DNA of 39,577 bases from Escherichia phage vB_EcoP_IMEP24. Position numbers and translations under genes: made by a program. This document shows positions 8,480 to 18,688 of the stretch, one piece after another. Location of the stretch: the sequence record MZ648215.1. One strand, given 5' to 3'. Below the pieces are notes generated by a model that ran no database searches, was not told the DNA's origin, and was given only the letters and a program-made list of their open reading frames with translations. Position 1 is the first letter of the stretch, and the number at the start of each line of letters is the position of its first letter.

Positions 8480-8561
8480 GTGGTGCGAGCGTAAATTTGA
8501 AGAGACAGGTAACGTAGATTACCTTGAACTCTATAACCAATGGAAGGAGCGTGGTCTATGA
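8466..8561 (+). CDS. Small ORF (31 aa), gene 1.8 position
   Basis: Short ORF between 1.7 and 2 with stop overlapping gene 2 start; weak RBS; positional call only. Confidence 0.3.
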   Translation: MLPSEWCERKFEETGNVDYLELYNQWKERGL

Positions 8562-8713
8562 CCGATGAGAAGAAATACATCGTGGAGCTTGAGGGTCGCG
8601 TTCAGTCCTTCGAGGTTCCGGTGTACGCAAAGTCTCTTGAAGAGGCTACCCTGAAGTCCCAAGAGTATGAGGACGCTGGGTTTGTGGTCGGACGGATTCG
8701 TCCTGAGACCTAA
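8558..8713 (+). CDS. gp2-like inhibitor of host RNA polymerase (51 aa)
   Basis: Below ORF track cutoff; [15 protein letters not shown]...[10 protein letters not shown] matches T7 gp2 core; RBS ggaaggag. Confidence 0.8.
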   Translation: MTDEKKYIVELEGRVQSFEVPVYAKSLEEATLKSQEYEDAGFVVGRIRPET

Positions 8714-8731
8714 ACTATCACTGTAGGACAG
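8709..8731 (+). promoter_or_regulatory. Phage RNAP promoter (phi2.5-like), variant
   Basis: cctaaactatcactgtagga; A to G at -3; +1 G at 8726. Confidence 0.6.
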
Positions 8732-8771
8732 ACGTCAAGTTCGTAACTTTTAAATTAGGAGATTTACACAG

Positions 8772-9470
8772 ATGGCTAAAGAGCAACTGAAGACTTTCAC
8801 CACTCCGGTAGCTGGTATCGTTGAGCCGTACGCATGGCTGAACAAAGCAGACACCAAGTTTAACGAGCGTGGTGAGCATAAGGTTAACCTGACATTCGAC
8901 CTGAGCAACCCGAAGGTCCGTAAGATGATTGATGTCTTACAGAAGATTCACGACGATGCGTATGCGAAAGCACTCGCAGACCACGAGAAGAACCCACCTC
9001 AGGTTCAGCGTGGCAAGAAGCCTATTGAACCACGAGAAGGCGACATGCCGTGGATTGAGAATGGTGACGGTACTGTTACCCTGAAGTTTAAATGCTTCGC
9101 GTCTTACCTGAAGGATGGTAAGTCAGAGCCTATCGTATTACGGTTCTACGACACCGATGCTAAGTTAATCCGTGACGTCCCGAATATTGGCGCTGGCTCC
9201 AAACTGAAGGTCAAGTTTAAAGTCCTGCCGTTCAAGTGGAACGCTGCGACTGGTGCAAGCGTTAAGCTCCAGCTTGAGTCCTGCCTTCTGGTAGAACTGA
9301 AGGAGTGGAAAGGGGATGGTGCTGGTGGAGATGGTGGCTGGGGTGATGATGAAGACCTCGGTACTGGCTACAAAGCGTCAACCGATGGTGACTTCGGGTC
9401 TGATGACTTTGGTGACGATGGTTCCGAAGGCGGTGACGACTCCAACTCTGGTGGCGATTACGACTTCTAA
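8772..9470 (+). CDS. Single-stranded DNA-binding protein gp2.5
   Basis: MAKE...AEPYAW, GDMPWxxNGDGT, SKLKVKFK..VKLQLESxxLVEL, acidic C-terminal tail ending DYDF, as in T7 gp2.5. Confidence 0.93.
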   Translation: MAKEQLKTFTTPVAGIVEPYAWLNKADTKFNERGEHKVNLTFDLSNPKVRKMIDVLQKIHDDAYAKALADHEKNPPQVQRGKKPIEPREGDMPWIENGDGTVTLKFKCFASYLKDGKSEPIVLRFYDTDAKLIRDVPNIGAGSKLKVKFKVLPFKWNAATGASVKLQLESCLLVELKEWKGDGAGGDGGWGDDEDLGTGYKASTDGDFGSDDFGDDGSEGGDDSNSGGDYDF

Positions 9471-9922
9471 TGGCCCAATGGTCTGCAAAACGGGGGCACT
9501 CTGTGGGTGCCTACCGCTCTGGACTTGAAGCCAAGAACCAGCAGTGGCTGGAACAGAACGGCGTCAAAGCGGAGTACGAAAGCCATTATATCAACTATGT
9601 GATTCCGGCTTCCGACCACAAGTACACACCAGACTTTATCCTTCCTAACGGTATCATCGTGGAGACCAAAGGTATCTTCGATAGTGATGACCGTAAGAAG
9701 CACCTTCTGGTACGAGAACAGCACCCAGAGTTAGACATCCGGTTCGTGTTCTCAAGTTCCCGCTCCAAGTTATACAAAGGGTCCCCGACCACGTATGGCT
9801 CATGGTGCGAAAAGAACGGCTTTAAGTTTGCCGATAAGTTCATCCCGGTTGAGTGGCTGCGAGAGGTGACTGTACGTCTGCCTTCTGGTATACTCATTCC
9901 CAAGAAGAAAGGAGTTAAGTGA
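9470..9922 (+). CDS. Endonuclease I (Holliday junction resolvase, T7 gene 3)
   Basis: YVIPASxHxYTPDFxLPNGIxVETKG, DDRKKHLLxREQHPELDIRxVFSSSRxKLYKGSPT matches T7 endo I. Confidence 0.95.
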   Translation: MAQWSAKRGHSVGAYRSGLEAKNQQWLEQNGVKAEYESHYINYVIPASDHKYTPDFILPNGIIVETKGIFDSDDRKKHLLVREQHPELDIRFVFSSSRSKLYKGSPTTYGSWCEKNGFKFADKFIPVEWLREVTVRLPSGILIPKKKGVK

Positions 9923-10146
9923 TGACTCAAGAAGTTAAGGTCGTTCGTCAGCGTCTGACCATTGATAAAATCCCGGTAGGCTATGCGTTTATCGTCCACG
10001 GTAAGCCGGGTGAAGTGTACGTGAAGATTAGTAACTCTCACGTCTTCAACCATAAGTTGCTCCAGATGCACACCACGGATGCTAACCGTTTCCAGCGTCA
10101 TCTGAACCTCGTAGCTGTAGAGCTGGTGGTGTACGATGGTGAGTAA
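9922..10146 (+). CDS. Hypothetical protein (74 aa)
   Basis: ORF between endo I and lysozyme with RBS aaaggag; start taken at ATG 9922. Confidence 0.5.
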   Translation: MTQEVKVVRQRLTIDKIPVGYAFIVHGKPGEVYVKISNSHVFNHKLLQMHTTDANRFQRHLNLVAVELVVYDGE

Positions 10147-10594
10147 GGTTCAGTTCAACCCACGGTCCCGGACTGACGCTATCTTCGTTCACTGTTCGGC
10201 TACCAAGCCAGATATGGACATCGGAGTAGAGACCATCCGTATGTGGCACAAGCAGCAAGGCTGGCTGGACGTAGGCTACCACTTTATCATCAAGCGTGAT
10301 GGTACTGTGGAAGAGGGCCGCCCGGTCAATGTCGTAGGGTCACACGTTAAGGACTGGAACTCCAAGTCCGTAGGCGTCTGCCTTGTAGGTGGAATCAACG
10401 CTAAGGGTCAGTTTGAAGCTAACTTCACTCCAGCCCAGATGAATTCCCTTCGCAACAAGCTGGCTGACCTGAAGGCCCTATATCCTCAGGCAGAAATCAA
10501 AGCACACCATGACGTAGCACCAAAGGCGTGTCCAAGTTTTGACTTGCAACGCTGGCTGTCTACCAATGAACTGGTCACTTCCGACCACGGTTGA
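10136..10594 (+). CDS. Lysozyme / N-acetylmuramoyl-L-alanine amidase (T7 gene 3.5)
   Basis: TDAIFVHCSATKP, WHKxQGWLDVGYHFIIKRDGTVExGR, GVCLVGGI, AHHxVAPKACPSFDL, ELVTSDHG; near-collinear with T7 lysozyme. Confidence 0.96.
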   Translation: MVSKVQFNPRSRTDAIFVHCSATKPDMDIGVETIRMWHKQQGWLDVGYHFIIKRDGTVEEGRPVNVVGSHVKDWNSKSVGVCLVGGINAKGQFEANFTPAQMNSLRNKLADLKALYPQAEIKAHHDVAPKACPSFDLQRWLSTNELVTSDHG

Positions 10595-10618
10595 TAAACT
10601 CTAAAGGAGAACAACTCA

Positions 10619-10834
10619 ATGATTAAACTTATCGAATTTCTTGGTCGTCTGGTGGTGCGTGGCTATCGTCGTGCTGCGGTACTGGAACGAAAGGTAGAAA
10701 AGAAGACTGCTGACGGTGCGGCTGATGCTGCTGCTCTGGCTGACAAGCTGACCATCGCGTCACTGGAAGCTGGAATGAAGGTGCGTCAAGCTGACACCAA
10801 AGCTGACCAGTTGGCTCAGTTCTTCAAAGCCTAA
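10619..10834 (+). CDS. Hypothetical protein (71 aa), Ala-rich
   Basis: ORF with RBS aaaggaga; stop overlaps downstream promoter. Confidence 0.5.
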   Translation: MIKLIEFLGRLVVRGYRRAAVLERKVEKKTADGAADAAALADKLTIASLEAGMKVRQADTKADQLAQFFKA

Positions 10835-10852
10835 ACTATCACCTTAGGGATG
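10830..10852 (+). promoter_or_regulatory. Phage RNAP promoter, divergent variant
   Basis: cctaaactatcaccttaggga; two changes at -4/-3; +1 G at 10847. Confidence 0.45.
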
Positions 10853-10902
10853 GGACTATGAGTCCTGTCCCTTTGTTAGCATTTTTGATTAAGGAGTGAC
10901 CA

Positions 10903-11079
10903 ATGGATGGTGTGCCAAGACACATGAGGTATTACGTTGGTAATACTGGGAAGAACCGAAGGTCTAAACTCAAAGAGAGACTAAAGCGGGAAGTACCTGA
11001 TGCTAATCAACGCGCTGCTGTACTTGCTATTATGGAGGAATACGCCATTCTGTATCACCTAAAGTTTACTAAGGAGTGA
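10903..11079 (+). CDS. Hypothetical basic protein (58 aa)
   Basis: Below ORF cutoff; preceded by taaggagtgaccaATG, a 16-bp string repeated exactly at the gene 4 start. Confidence 0.5.
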   Translation: MDGVPRHMRYYVGNTGKNRRSKLKERLKREVPDANQRAAVLAIMEEYAILYHLKFTKE

Positions 11080-12783
<1,704 letters not shown>

Positions 12784-12837
12784 GGAGGAGTACATTGCTA
12801 AGAAAACTTAAAGCTCGCTACCATCGGTTCATGTACA

Positions 12838-13386
12838 ATGGAGGGTTCCATTCTAATGAGAAACTTAATCAACGGTAAGACTCTGACAGAAGTACAGCAG
12901 GTCCTTGGACCGAAGGAGGGCCTTGAGTCCTTCACTTCACGCTGCACTGGTCGGACGTTAGCTCGAGCACTACTGTTCATTTCTACAGTCATGACTCATG
13001 GTTCTCTCGACCTGAAGCCACTGCGCGGTAACTTGGGAGACCAAGAGATTGACTTGGTGAAATTCCAGATTAACCAACGTCTGGACCAGATGGGACTCGT
13101 TGGGTTCTCATGGTCTGGCGACGTTCTGAATTACTACCCGTTCGAGGAGTATCAAGATGTTAAAGAGATTGTACGTGAAGTTAAAGTCGAAGTATCACCT
13201 TTCAATGGGGAAATGGTGGCACCAAGAAGCTATGGTGTTGAGCAACATTCTGAAGGACCAGCGATTCACGTCGAAAGCGTGGAACAAAGCTACCCAGAAG
13301 TGCGCGTATCATCTAGCAAGAGTGCAGTAGTTGGTGAGATGGAAGTCTTGGAACCTCTGGTCCCGGACATGACTCCACCAGCTTAA
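12838..13386 (+). CDS. Hypothetical protein (182 aa; alternative start 12856)
   Basis: ORF in the gene 4.x slot; SD ggaggg favours ATG at 12856; no recognised similarity. Confidence 0.5.
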   Translation: MEGSILMRNLINGKTLTEVQQVLGPKEGLESFTSRCTGRTLARALLFISTVMTHGSLDLKPLRGNLGDQEIDLVKFQINQRLDQMGLVGFSWSGDVLNYYPFEEYQDVKEIVREVKVEVSPFNGEMVAPRSYGVEQHSEGPAIHVESVEQSYPEVRVSSSKSAVVGEMEVLEPLVPDMTPPA

Positions 13387-13403
13387 CTATCACTTTAGGA
13401 TAG
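13381..13403 (+). promoter_or_regulatory. Phage RNAP promoter, variant
   Basis: gcttaactatcactttagga; A to T at -3; +1 G at 13398. Confidence 0.55.
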
Positions 13404-13440
13404 ACTCAAGGTCATTCACACCGAGTGGCCTTTATGATTA
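13401..13440 (+). other. RNase III-type processing hairpin
   Basis: TAGACTCAAGGTCAT..GTGGCCTTTATGATTA; same box as 6081 and 36152. Confidence 0.5.
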
Positions 13441-13461
13441 GACTAAAGCGGAGGATTAACC

Positions 13462-15633
13462 ATGTTTGACCTTAAGGATATTTGGGGTTCGGACATCGAG
13501 ACCAACGGTCTCCTTGACACCGTGTCCCAGTTCCATTGTGGGGTCCTGATTAATGCCGAGTCGAATGAGACCCTTAAGTATGGGGTAGCGCCGATGGTCG
13601 GTATCATCGGTGGCTTCAAAGAGTATGTGCAGAAGGTGGAAGAGATTGCTGCAACGCCTACAGGTATGCTTGTCTTCCACAACGGTATCAACTATGACGT
13701 CCCTGCTATTGACAAGCTGAAACGTCTGTACTTTGGGAAACGCTTTAACTTCCCGAAACACAAGATGATTGATACCTTGGTGCTGGGCCGCTTGATGTAT
13801 CCCAACATTAAGTTCTCAGACATGGGAGCGGTGAAAGCTGGTCGTCTGCCACCTAATATGATGGGACGTCAGTCTCTTGAGGCTTGGGGTTATCGTCTCG
13901 GTGAGATGAAGGGTGAGTACAAACACGATTACGTTGCCAAGTGCAAGGCTGAAGGTATCGAATATAAGGCTGGGGACGAATGGTTGTTCCCGTCTCAGGA
14001 GATGCTGGACTATAACGTTCAAGACGTTGTGGTCACACTGGCGTTGTTCAAGAAGTTCCTGACTGACAAGTATTACTTCCAGTCTGAACAGTTCGCTTTC
14101 GAACAGATTTATGCGTTGCGTCTGGAACATGATGCTGCGTGGACCTGTGCGAAGATGGAACGTAACGGCTATCCGATGAACACCGAGATGGTCGAAGGCT
14201 TATATCGTGAACTCACCGTCAAACGTGCAGAGTTGCTGGACAAGCTGCGTTCGACTTTCGGTAGCTGGTATGCACCAAAGGGTGGCAAGGAGTTCTTCAG
14301 GCATCCACGGACAGGCAAGGACCTTCCGAAGTATCCACGAGTCGTGTATCCTAAGGTAGGGTCAGTATTCAAGAAGCCGAAGAACAAAGCTCAACGCTTA
14401 GGTCTGGAGCCTTGCGAGTTCGACTCACGAGACACGATGGAAGGAGCACCATTCACGCCAATCACTTACGTTGAGTTTAATCCGGGAAGCGGAGACCACT
14501 TAGCGAAAGTCTTGATGGAGCGTGGATGGGAGCCTGTAGACTTCACTGACACCGGGAAACCTGTAGTCGATGACGAGACGTTAGAACACGTTAAGTTACC
14601 AGACGAAGAGGCTCAGGCTTGCGTAGAGCTGGTCCGTGAGTATCTGGTAGTCCAGAAGCGCATCGGTCAGGCGGCTGAAGGTAAGAACGCATGGTTGAAA
14701 CTTGTAGGTCCAGACGGACGTATGCACGGTTCAATCAACCCATGCGGTGCAGTAACCGGACGTGCGACCCATAGTTCACCAAACATGGCTCAAGTCCCGG
14801 CTAACGGTGCTCCATATGGTGAGACCTGCCGCGGTGCTTTCGGTGCAGCGTGGAACAAGAAGGACGGCGAGCCAGACCCTTGGATTCAAGTGGGTGTGGA
14901 TGCCTCAGGTCTTGAGCTTCGTTGTCTGGGGAACCGAGCGGCCCCGTTTGATGGTGGAGCCTATGCGAAGACTGTGGTCGAAGGTGACATCCACTGGGCC
15001 AACGCAGTAAACGCTGGGTTAGCACCCAACGTCCCACGCGATAAGTCTAACCACGACCATGAGGCTTTCCGCAACAACGCTAAGACGTTCATCTATGCGT
15101 TCCTGTATGGTGCAGGGGCCGCTAAGATTGGACTGATAGTAGGAGGTGGTAAGAAGGAAGGTTCAGCTCTCATGAAGAAATTCATTGAGGGTACACCAGC
15201 CATCAAGGACCTCAGGGAAGCTGTGAGTAATACGTTAATCTCAGACTCTAAGTGGGTAGACGGAGAGAACATCGTCAAGTGGAAACGCCGTTGGTTGCGT
15301 GGACTTGATGGTCGCCGTATCCACATCCGGTCGCCACACTCAGCACTGAACGCCTTACTTCAAGGTGACGGTGCGGTAGTCTGTAAGCACTGGATTGTTG
15401 AGACTGAACGTATGCTCGAAGAGGCCGGGTATGTCCACGGCTGGGAAGGAGACTTTGCGTACATGGCATGGGTCCACGACGAATTGCAGATTGCAGCTCG
15501 GAACATGGAGATTGCCGAAGATATTCGCAGAATTGCTCAACTTGCTATGCGTAAGGTGGGTGAGTTCTATAACTTTAAATGTGTCCTTGATACCGAAGGT
15601 AAGATTGGACCAACGTGGAAGGAGTGTCACTAA
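13462..15633 (+). CDS. DNA polymerase (T7 gene 5)
   Basis: DIETNGLL exo motif, FHNGxxYDVPA, YNVQDVVVT, GSWYxPKGG, PNGAVTGRATH, DASGLELRCL, NAKTFIYxFLYGAG, YMAWVHDE; collinear with T7 gp5. Confidence 0.97.
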   Translation: MFDLKDIWGSDIETNGLLDTVSQFHCGVLINAESNETLKYGVAPMVGIIGGFKEYVQKVEEIAATPTGMLVFHNGINYDVPAIDKLKRLYFGKRFNFPKHKMIDTLVLGRLMYPNIKFSDMGAVKAGRLPPNMMGRQSLEAWGYRLGEMKGEYKHDYVAKCKAEGIEYKAGDEWLFPSQEMLDYNVQDVVVTLALFKKFLTDKYYFQSEQFAFEQIYALRLEHDAAWTCAKMERNGYPMNTEMVEGLYRELTVKRAELLDKLRSTFGSWYAPKGGKEFFRHPRTGKDLPKYPRVVYPKVGSVFKKPKNKAQRLGLEPCEFDSRDTMEGAPFTPITYVEFNPGSGDHLAKVLMERGWEPVDFTDTGKPVVDDETLEHVKLPDEEAQACVELVREYLVVQKRIGQAAEGKNAWLKLVGPDGRMHGSINPCGAVTGRATHSSPNMAQVPANGAPYGETCRGAFGAAWNKKDGEPDPWIQVGVDASGLELRCLGNRAAPFDGGAYAKTVVEGDIHWANAVNAGLAPNVPRDKSNHDHEAFRNNAKTFIYAFLYGAGAAKIGLIVGGGKKEGSALMKKFIEGTPAIKDLREAVSNTLISDSKWVDGENIVKWKRRWLRGLDGRRIHIRSPHSALNALLQGDGAVVCKHWIVETERMLEEAGYVHGWEGDFAYMAWVHDELQIAARNMEIAEDIRRIAQLAMRKVGEFYNFKCVLDTEGKIGPTWKECH

Positions 15634-15932
15634 TGGCTATGACCAAACGCGCTATCGTAAGTTTCAACCTTAAGGCTGTACTTCCTACAGACCAAGAGGA
15701 ATTAATTATTAAGGGTCTGCGAGAGCTGGCTAAAGGCGTTCACTCAGGTGAAATCAATCCTGACGCTAAGCAGCGCCATATGCTGACCCTGTGGCTGACG
15801 GAAGGTATGGACGCAGTGATTGAGTTTGTTCTGCGTGACAGCTTCCGTTCAATGATTAAAGAGGCTGCGCAGGAGTATTCAGACTCAGAGTTCTTCAGTT
15901 TATCACCAGCTACTGTGAGGTTCAAGCAATGA
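15633..15932 (+). CDS. Gene 5.5-like protein (99 aa)
   Basis: ATG overlapping polymerase stop (TAATG) with RBS ggaaggag; size and position as T7 gp5.5; start MAMTK. Confidence 0.65.
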   Translation: MAMTKRAIVSFNLKAVLPTDQEELIIKGLRELAKGVHSGEINPDAKQRHMLTLWLTEGMDAVIEFVLRDSFRSMIKEAAQEYSDSEFFSLSPATVRFKQ

Positions 15933-16138
15933 GTGAATACTTACGGGTCCTAGCGGCCCTTAAGTCCTGCCCGAAGACCTTCCAGTCCAACTATGTGCGC
16001 AACAACGCTGCACTTGTGGCTGAGGCTGCGAGTCGTGGACATCTAAGCTGTCTGTCTATGGATGGGCGTAACAATGGTGCGTGGGAGATTACCGCTGCTG
16101 GCACCAAGTTCCTGAACCAACATGGAGGATGTCTATGA
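15929..16138 (+). CDS. Gene 5.7 protein
   Basis: VLxAxKSCPKTFQSNYVRNNAxLVAEAASRGHxSCL..GAWEITAxGTxFL matches T7 gp5.7; 69 aa. Confidence 0.85.
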   Translation: MSEYLRVLAALKSCPKTFQSNYVRNNAALVAEAASRGHLSCLSMDGRNNGAWEITAAGTKFLNQHGGCL

Positions 16139-16446
16139 GCAATCCTGTAGACCGTATTGGTAATCGACTCAATGTTGGTGATTCCGTCATCTACGTTGGG
16201 GCTGGCTACACAACGCTAGAGCAAGAGGTCATCACTAAGATTAATGACAAGACTGTAAACCTTGGTGATAAGTCTCAGTGGGGTTCCTACACTCGCCGTC
16301 CATTCAACAGCGTGCTAAACCTTAGTGCCATCGAAGAGTTGGTAAAACGCTCCGATAAACTAGCTGCTCTTGAAGCTGGCGGAGTTGACAACTGGGAAGG
16401 ATACGGGTGGTGCTTCGAGGGTGAGGAGGATGAAGACGATGAGTGA
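16135..16446 (+). CDS. Hypothetical protein (103 aa) with acidic C-terminus, gene 5.9 position
   Basis: ATG overlapping 5.7 stop (ATGA), RBS ggagga; C-terminus EGEEDEDDE; positional analogue only. Confidence 0.5.
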   Translation: MSNPVDRIGNRLNVGDSVIYVGAGYTTLEQEVITKINDKTVNLGDKSQWGSYTRRPFNSVLNLSAIEELVKRSDKLAALEAGGVDNWEGYGWCFEGEEDEDDE

Positions 16447-17305
16447 GAAGAAGATAGCTCTGGTTCTAGATGGTGACTATCTGGTATTCTCTTCTATGGC
16501 TGCTGCCGAGGACGAGACAGACTGGGGTGATGACATCTGGACCCTTATCTGCGACCACGAGAAGGCTCGTCGTATCCTTGATAACACCATCGCTGAAATC
16601 GTTAAGAAGCGCAAGGCGTGGAAAGACGCTAAGATTGTGATGTGCTTTACTGACGATAACAACTGGCGTAAGGATGTTCTGCCTACCTATAAGGCCAACC
16701 GTAAAGGTTCTCGCAAGCCTGTAGGTTACAAGAAGTTCGTAGCCGAAGTGATGGCTGACCCACGGTTCAACAGCTTCCTGCGTCCTACGCTTGAGGGTGA
16801 TGACTGTATGGGTATCATCGGGACCAGACCTCAGATTGTAGGCTGTGACCATGCGGTGCTGGTGTCCTGCGATAAGGACTTCAAGACCATCCCGAACTGT
16901 GAGTTCTTCTGGTTAACTACTGGTGAAATCCTGAGTCATACGACTGCTGAGGCAGACTACTGGCACATGGAGCAAACCATCAAGGGTGACACTACAGATG
17001 GCTACGGTGGCATTCCTGGGATGGGTGAGGATACCACTCGTGCATTCCTTGACGAGCCGTACTACTTCGTGCAGGAGAGCCGTGAGCTTAAGACTGGTAA
17101 GAACAAAGGCCAGATTAAGACTGAGTGGAAGAAGTATCCGAAGCGTGAAGACATGACGCTGTGGGACTGCATGGTGACTCTGGCTGAGAAAGCTGGGATG
17201 ACTGAAGAAGAACTTCTGGTCCAAGCTCAGGTCGCTCGTATTTGTCGAGCCTCCGACTACGACCCTAAGTCCAAGGAGGTCATCCTGTGGACACCATCCA
17301 TGTAA
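16439..17305 (+). CDS. 5'-3' exonuclease (T7 gene 6)
   Basis: LVLDGDYLVF, CDHxKARxIL, KANRK, KPVGY, LEGDDxMGxI, SCDKDFKTIPNCxF, TIKGDxTDGY, GKNKGQ, TLWDC match T7 gp6; start ATG 16439 with RBS gaggagga. Confidence 0.94.
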   Translation: MSEKKIALVLDGDYLVFSSMAAAEDETDWGDDIWTLICDHEKARRILDNTIAEIVKKRKAWKDAKIVMCFTDDNNWRKDVLPTYKANRKGSRKPVGYKKFVAEVMADPRFNSFLRPTLEGDDCMGIIGTRPQIVGCDHAVLVSCDKDFKTIPNCEFFWLTTGEILSHTTAEADYWHMEQTIKGDTTDGYGGIPGMGEDTTRAFLDEPYYFVQESRELKTGKNKGQIKTEWKKYPKREDMTLWDCMVTLAEKAGMTEEELLVQAQVARICRASDYDPKSKEVILWTPSM

Positions 17306-17431
17306 TCTACTGGGCCGGACTTCTGGCCCTTTACTGCATGTACAAGTGGTTCGGGTCGAACAACCGTCCTAAACACTGAGTCTAACCGATAGTCATATCC
17401 TATCAATCCAACAGTCATCCATAGGTGAAAC

Positions 17432-17454
17432 ACTAAACTATCACTATAGGGACT
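17432..17454 (+). promoter_or_regulatory. Phage RNAP promoter (class III type, phi6.5-like)
   Basis: cactaaactatcactatagggac; +1 G at 17449. Confidence 0.85.
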
Positions 17455-17515
17455 TTAGGACCTAAGATATGACTATAAGATAGACTTTAGTCTTAACTTA
17501 AAGAGGAGATTCAAG

Positions 17516-17788
17516 ATGGCAATTAATGCTATTGAAAACGTTGTTAAGCAGTTACAGGAAGAAAGACTTGATGTCCCGAACATCTCCCAGTCTGCCATCC
17601 AGTTCCTGCACGTATTATTCAACGCAAGCTACGCTGAGAAGATGGGAGCTATCAGTCTCCTCAAGCAGCAGGGCTACAGCGATGCGTTCATTGCCGGGTT
17701 TATCAAGGGTCTCCAGTATTGCTCTGACACTCTCGACTCTGCGATTGCTATGCGTCGTGAGCTGAAAGATACCGTTCAGTTCGATTAA
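17516..17788 (+). CDS. Gene 6.5-like protein
   Basis: ORF after class III promoter, RBS agaggag; position as T7 6.5. Confidence 0.55.
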   Translation: MAINAIENVVKQLQEERLDVPNISQSAIQFLHVLFNASYAEKMGAISLLKQQGYSDAFIAGFIKGLQYCSDTLDSAIAMRRELKDTVQFD

Positions 17789-17802
17789 CTGTAGGAGGGA
17801 CT

Positions 17803-18027
17803 ATGTGTTTCAGTCCAAAGATTAGCACTCCGAAGCCTTCGGTCCAAGCACCTGAGCCAGCACCTCTGAGTGAGGAAGTTGCGTCAGTTGACATCGGGGC
17901 TGAATCGGACGTTGACACCAACGAGACCAAAGGTATCAAAGACCTAAAGGTCAAGAAGGAGTCTTCGCCTAAAGATAAATCGTCAGTTAGCCGCGCTATG
18001 CGAGCCTCTGGCGTCAACATGGGGTAA
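17803..18027 (+). CDS. Gene 6.7-like virion protein
   Basis: N-terminus MCFSPKI and EPAPL match T7 gp6.7; RBS aggaggg. Confidence 0.75.
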   Translation: MCFSPKISTPKPSVQAPEPAPLSEEVASVDIGAESDVDTNETKGIKDLKVKKESSPKDKSSVSRAMRASGVNMG

Positions 18028-18031
18028 GACA

Positions 18032-18436
18032 ATGCTACCATATCTCAACTCACGCGAAGGTCGCCTCATGTGCGCTTGTCGCCTCTGGGAAGACGGGCAG
18101 TCTAACTTCAAGTCATTCGAGGACTTCAAGGCTCATACTTACCGTATGGCTGACGAGTTCGACGGTGAAGAGTACACAATCTACGATGTCTCAGGTCAAC
18201 CAGTAGCGTATCTCTACATGCTGGCTACCGCATCTTGGCACCGACCGACTCCCGGTCTTGACCTTTCAATCGTCGCTATTCGTCGTGACTCGCAGTCCTC
18301 CCGCAAGGTTCTTGAGACTGTAAGGCACATCATAGACGAAGAGTGCAAGCGTTGGGGTCTTGGCTGGTATTCTCGTGTCAAGCATGTTTCTGGGTCGGTA
18401 GACATCGTAACAACTAAGGAGATTAACCGTGGGTAA
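18032..18436 (+). CDS. Gene 7-like protein
   Basis: ORF of T7 gp7 size and position; similarity not verified. Confidence 0.55.
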   Translation: MLPYLNSREGRLMCACRLWEDGQSNFKSFEDFKAHTYRMADEFDGEEYTIYDVSGQPVAYLYMLATASWHRPTPGLDLSIVAIRRDSQSSRKVLETVRHIIDEECKRWGLGWYSRVKHVSGSVDIVTTKEINRG

Positions 18437-18677
18437 ATCAATCAGTAAGGCTTTCAAGAAAGTGGTAAAGGGTGCTTTAGGGACCGTTGGTCTTGGCTCT
18501 GACGATGCACCTAAGGTTGTTGAGGCTCAGACCCCAGCAGCACCAGTGGAAGTACCGAACGACAAAGTGGAAGATGTGGATACCGAAGCGACTGCATCTG
18601 ACGAGAAGAAAGTGAAGCGTTCAGGTAAGCGTAGCCTTCAGGTCTCTCGTACCTCTGGTGGCGGTATTTCTATTTAA
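18429..18677 (+). CDS. Gene 7.3-like tail/virion protein (GTG start)
   Basis: MGK.. basic N-terminus and C-terminal SGGGISI as in T7 gp7.3 (SGGGINI); RBS aaggag 7 nt before GTG. Confidence 0.7.
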   Translation: MGKSISKAFKKVVKGALGTVGLGSDDAPKVVEAQTPAAPVEVPNDKVEDVDTEATASDEKKVKRSGKRSLQVSRTSGGGISI

Positions 18678-18688
18678 GGAGGTGACGA

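Noticed and set aside
9595-10101. 168-aa minus-strand ORF
   Set aside because: Antisense to endonuclease I and the following gene, both supported on the + strand
17312-17335. GGGCCGG-ACTT-CTGGCCC hairpin after the exonuclease gene
   Set aside because: Only three T follow the stem, so not confidently a terminator; may be an RNA stability element
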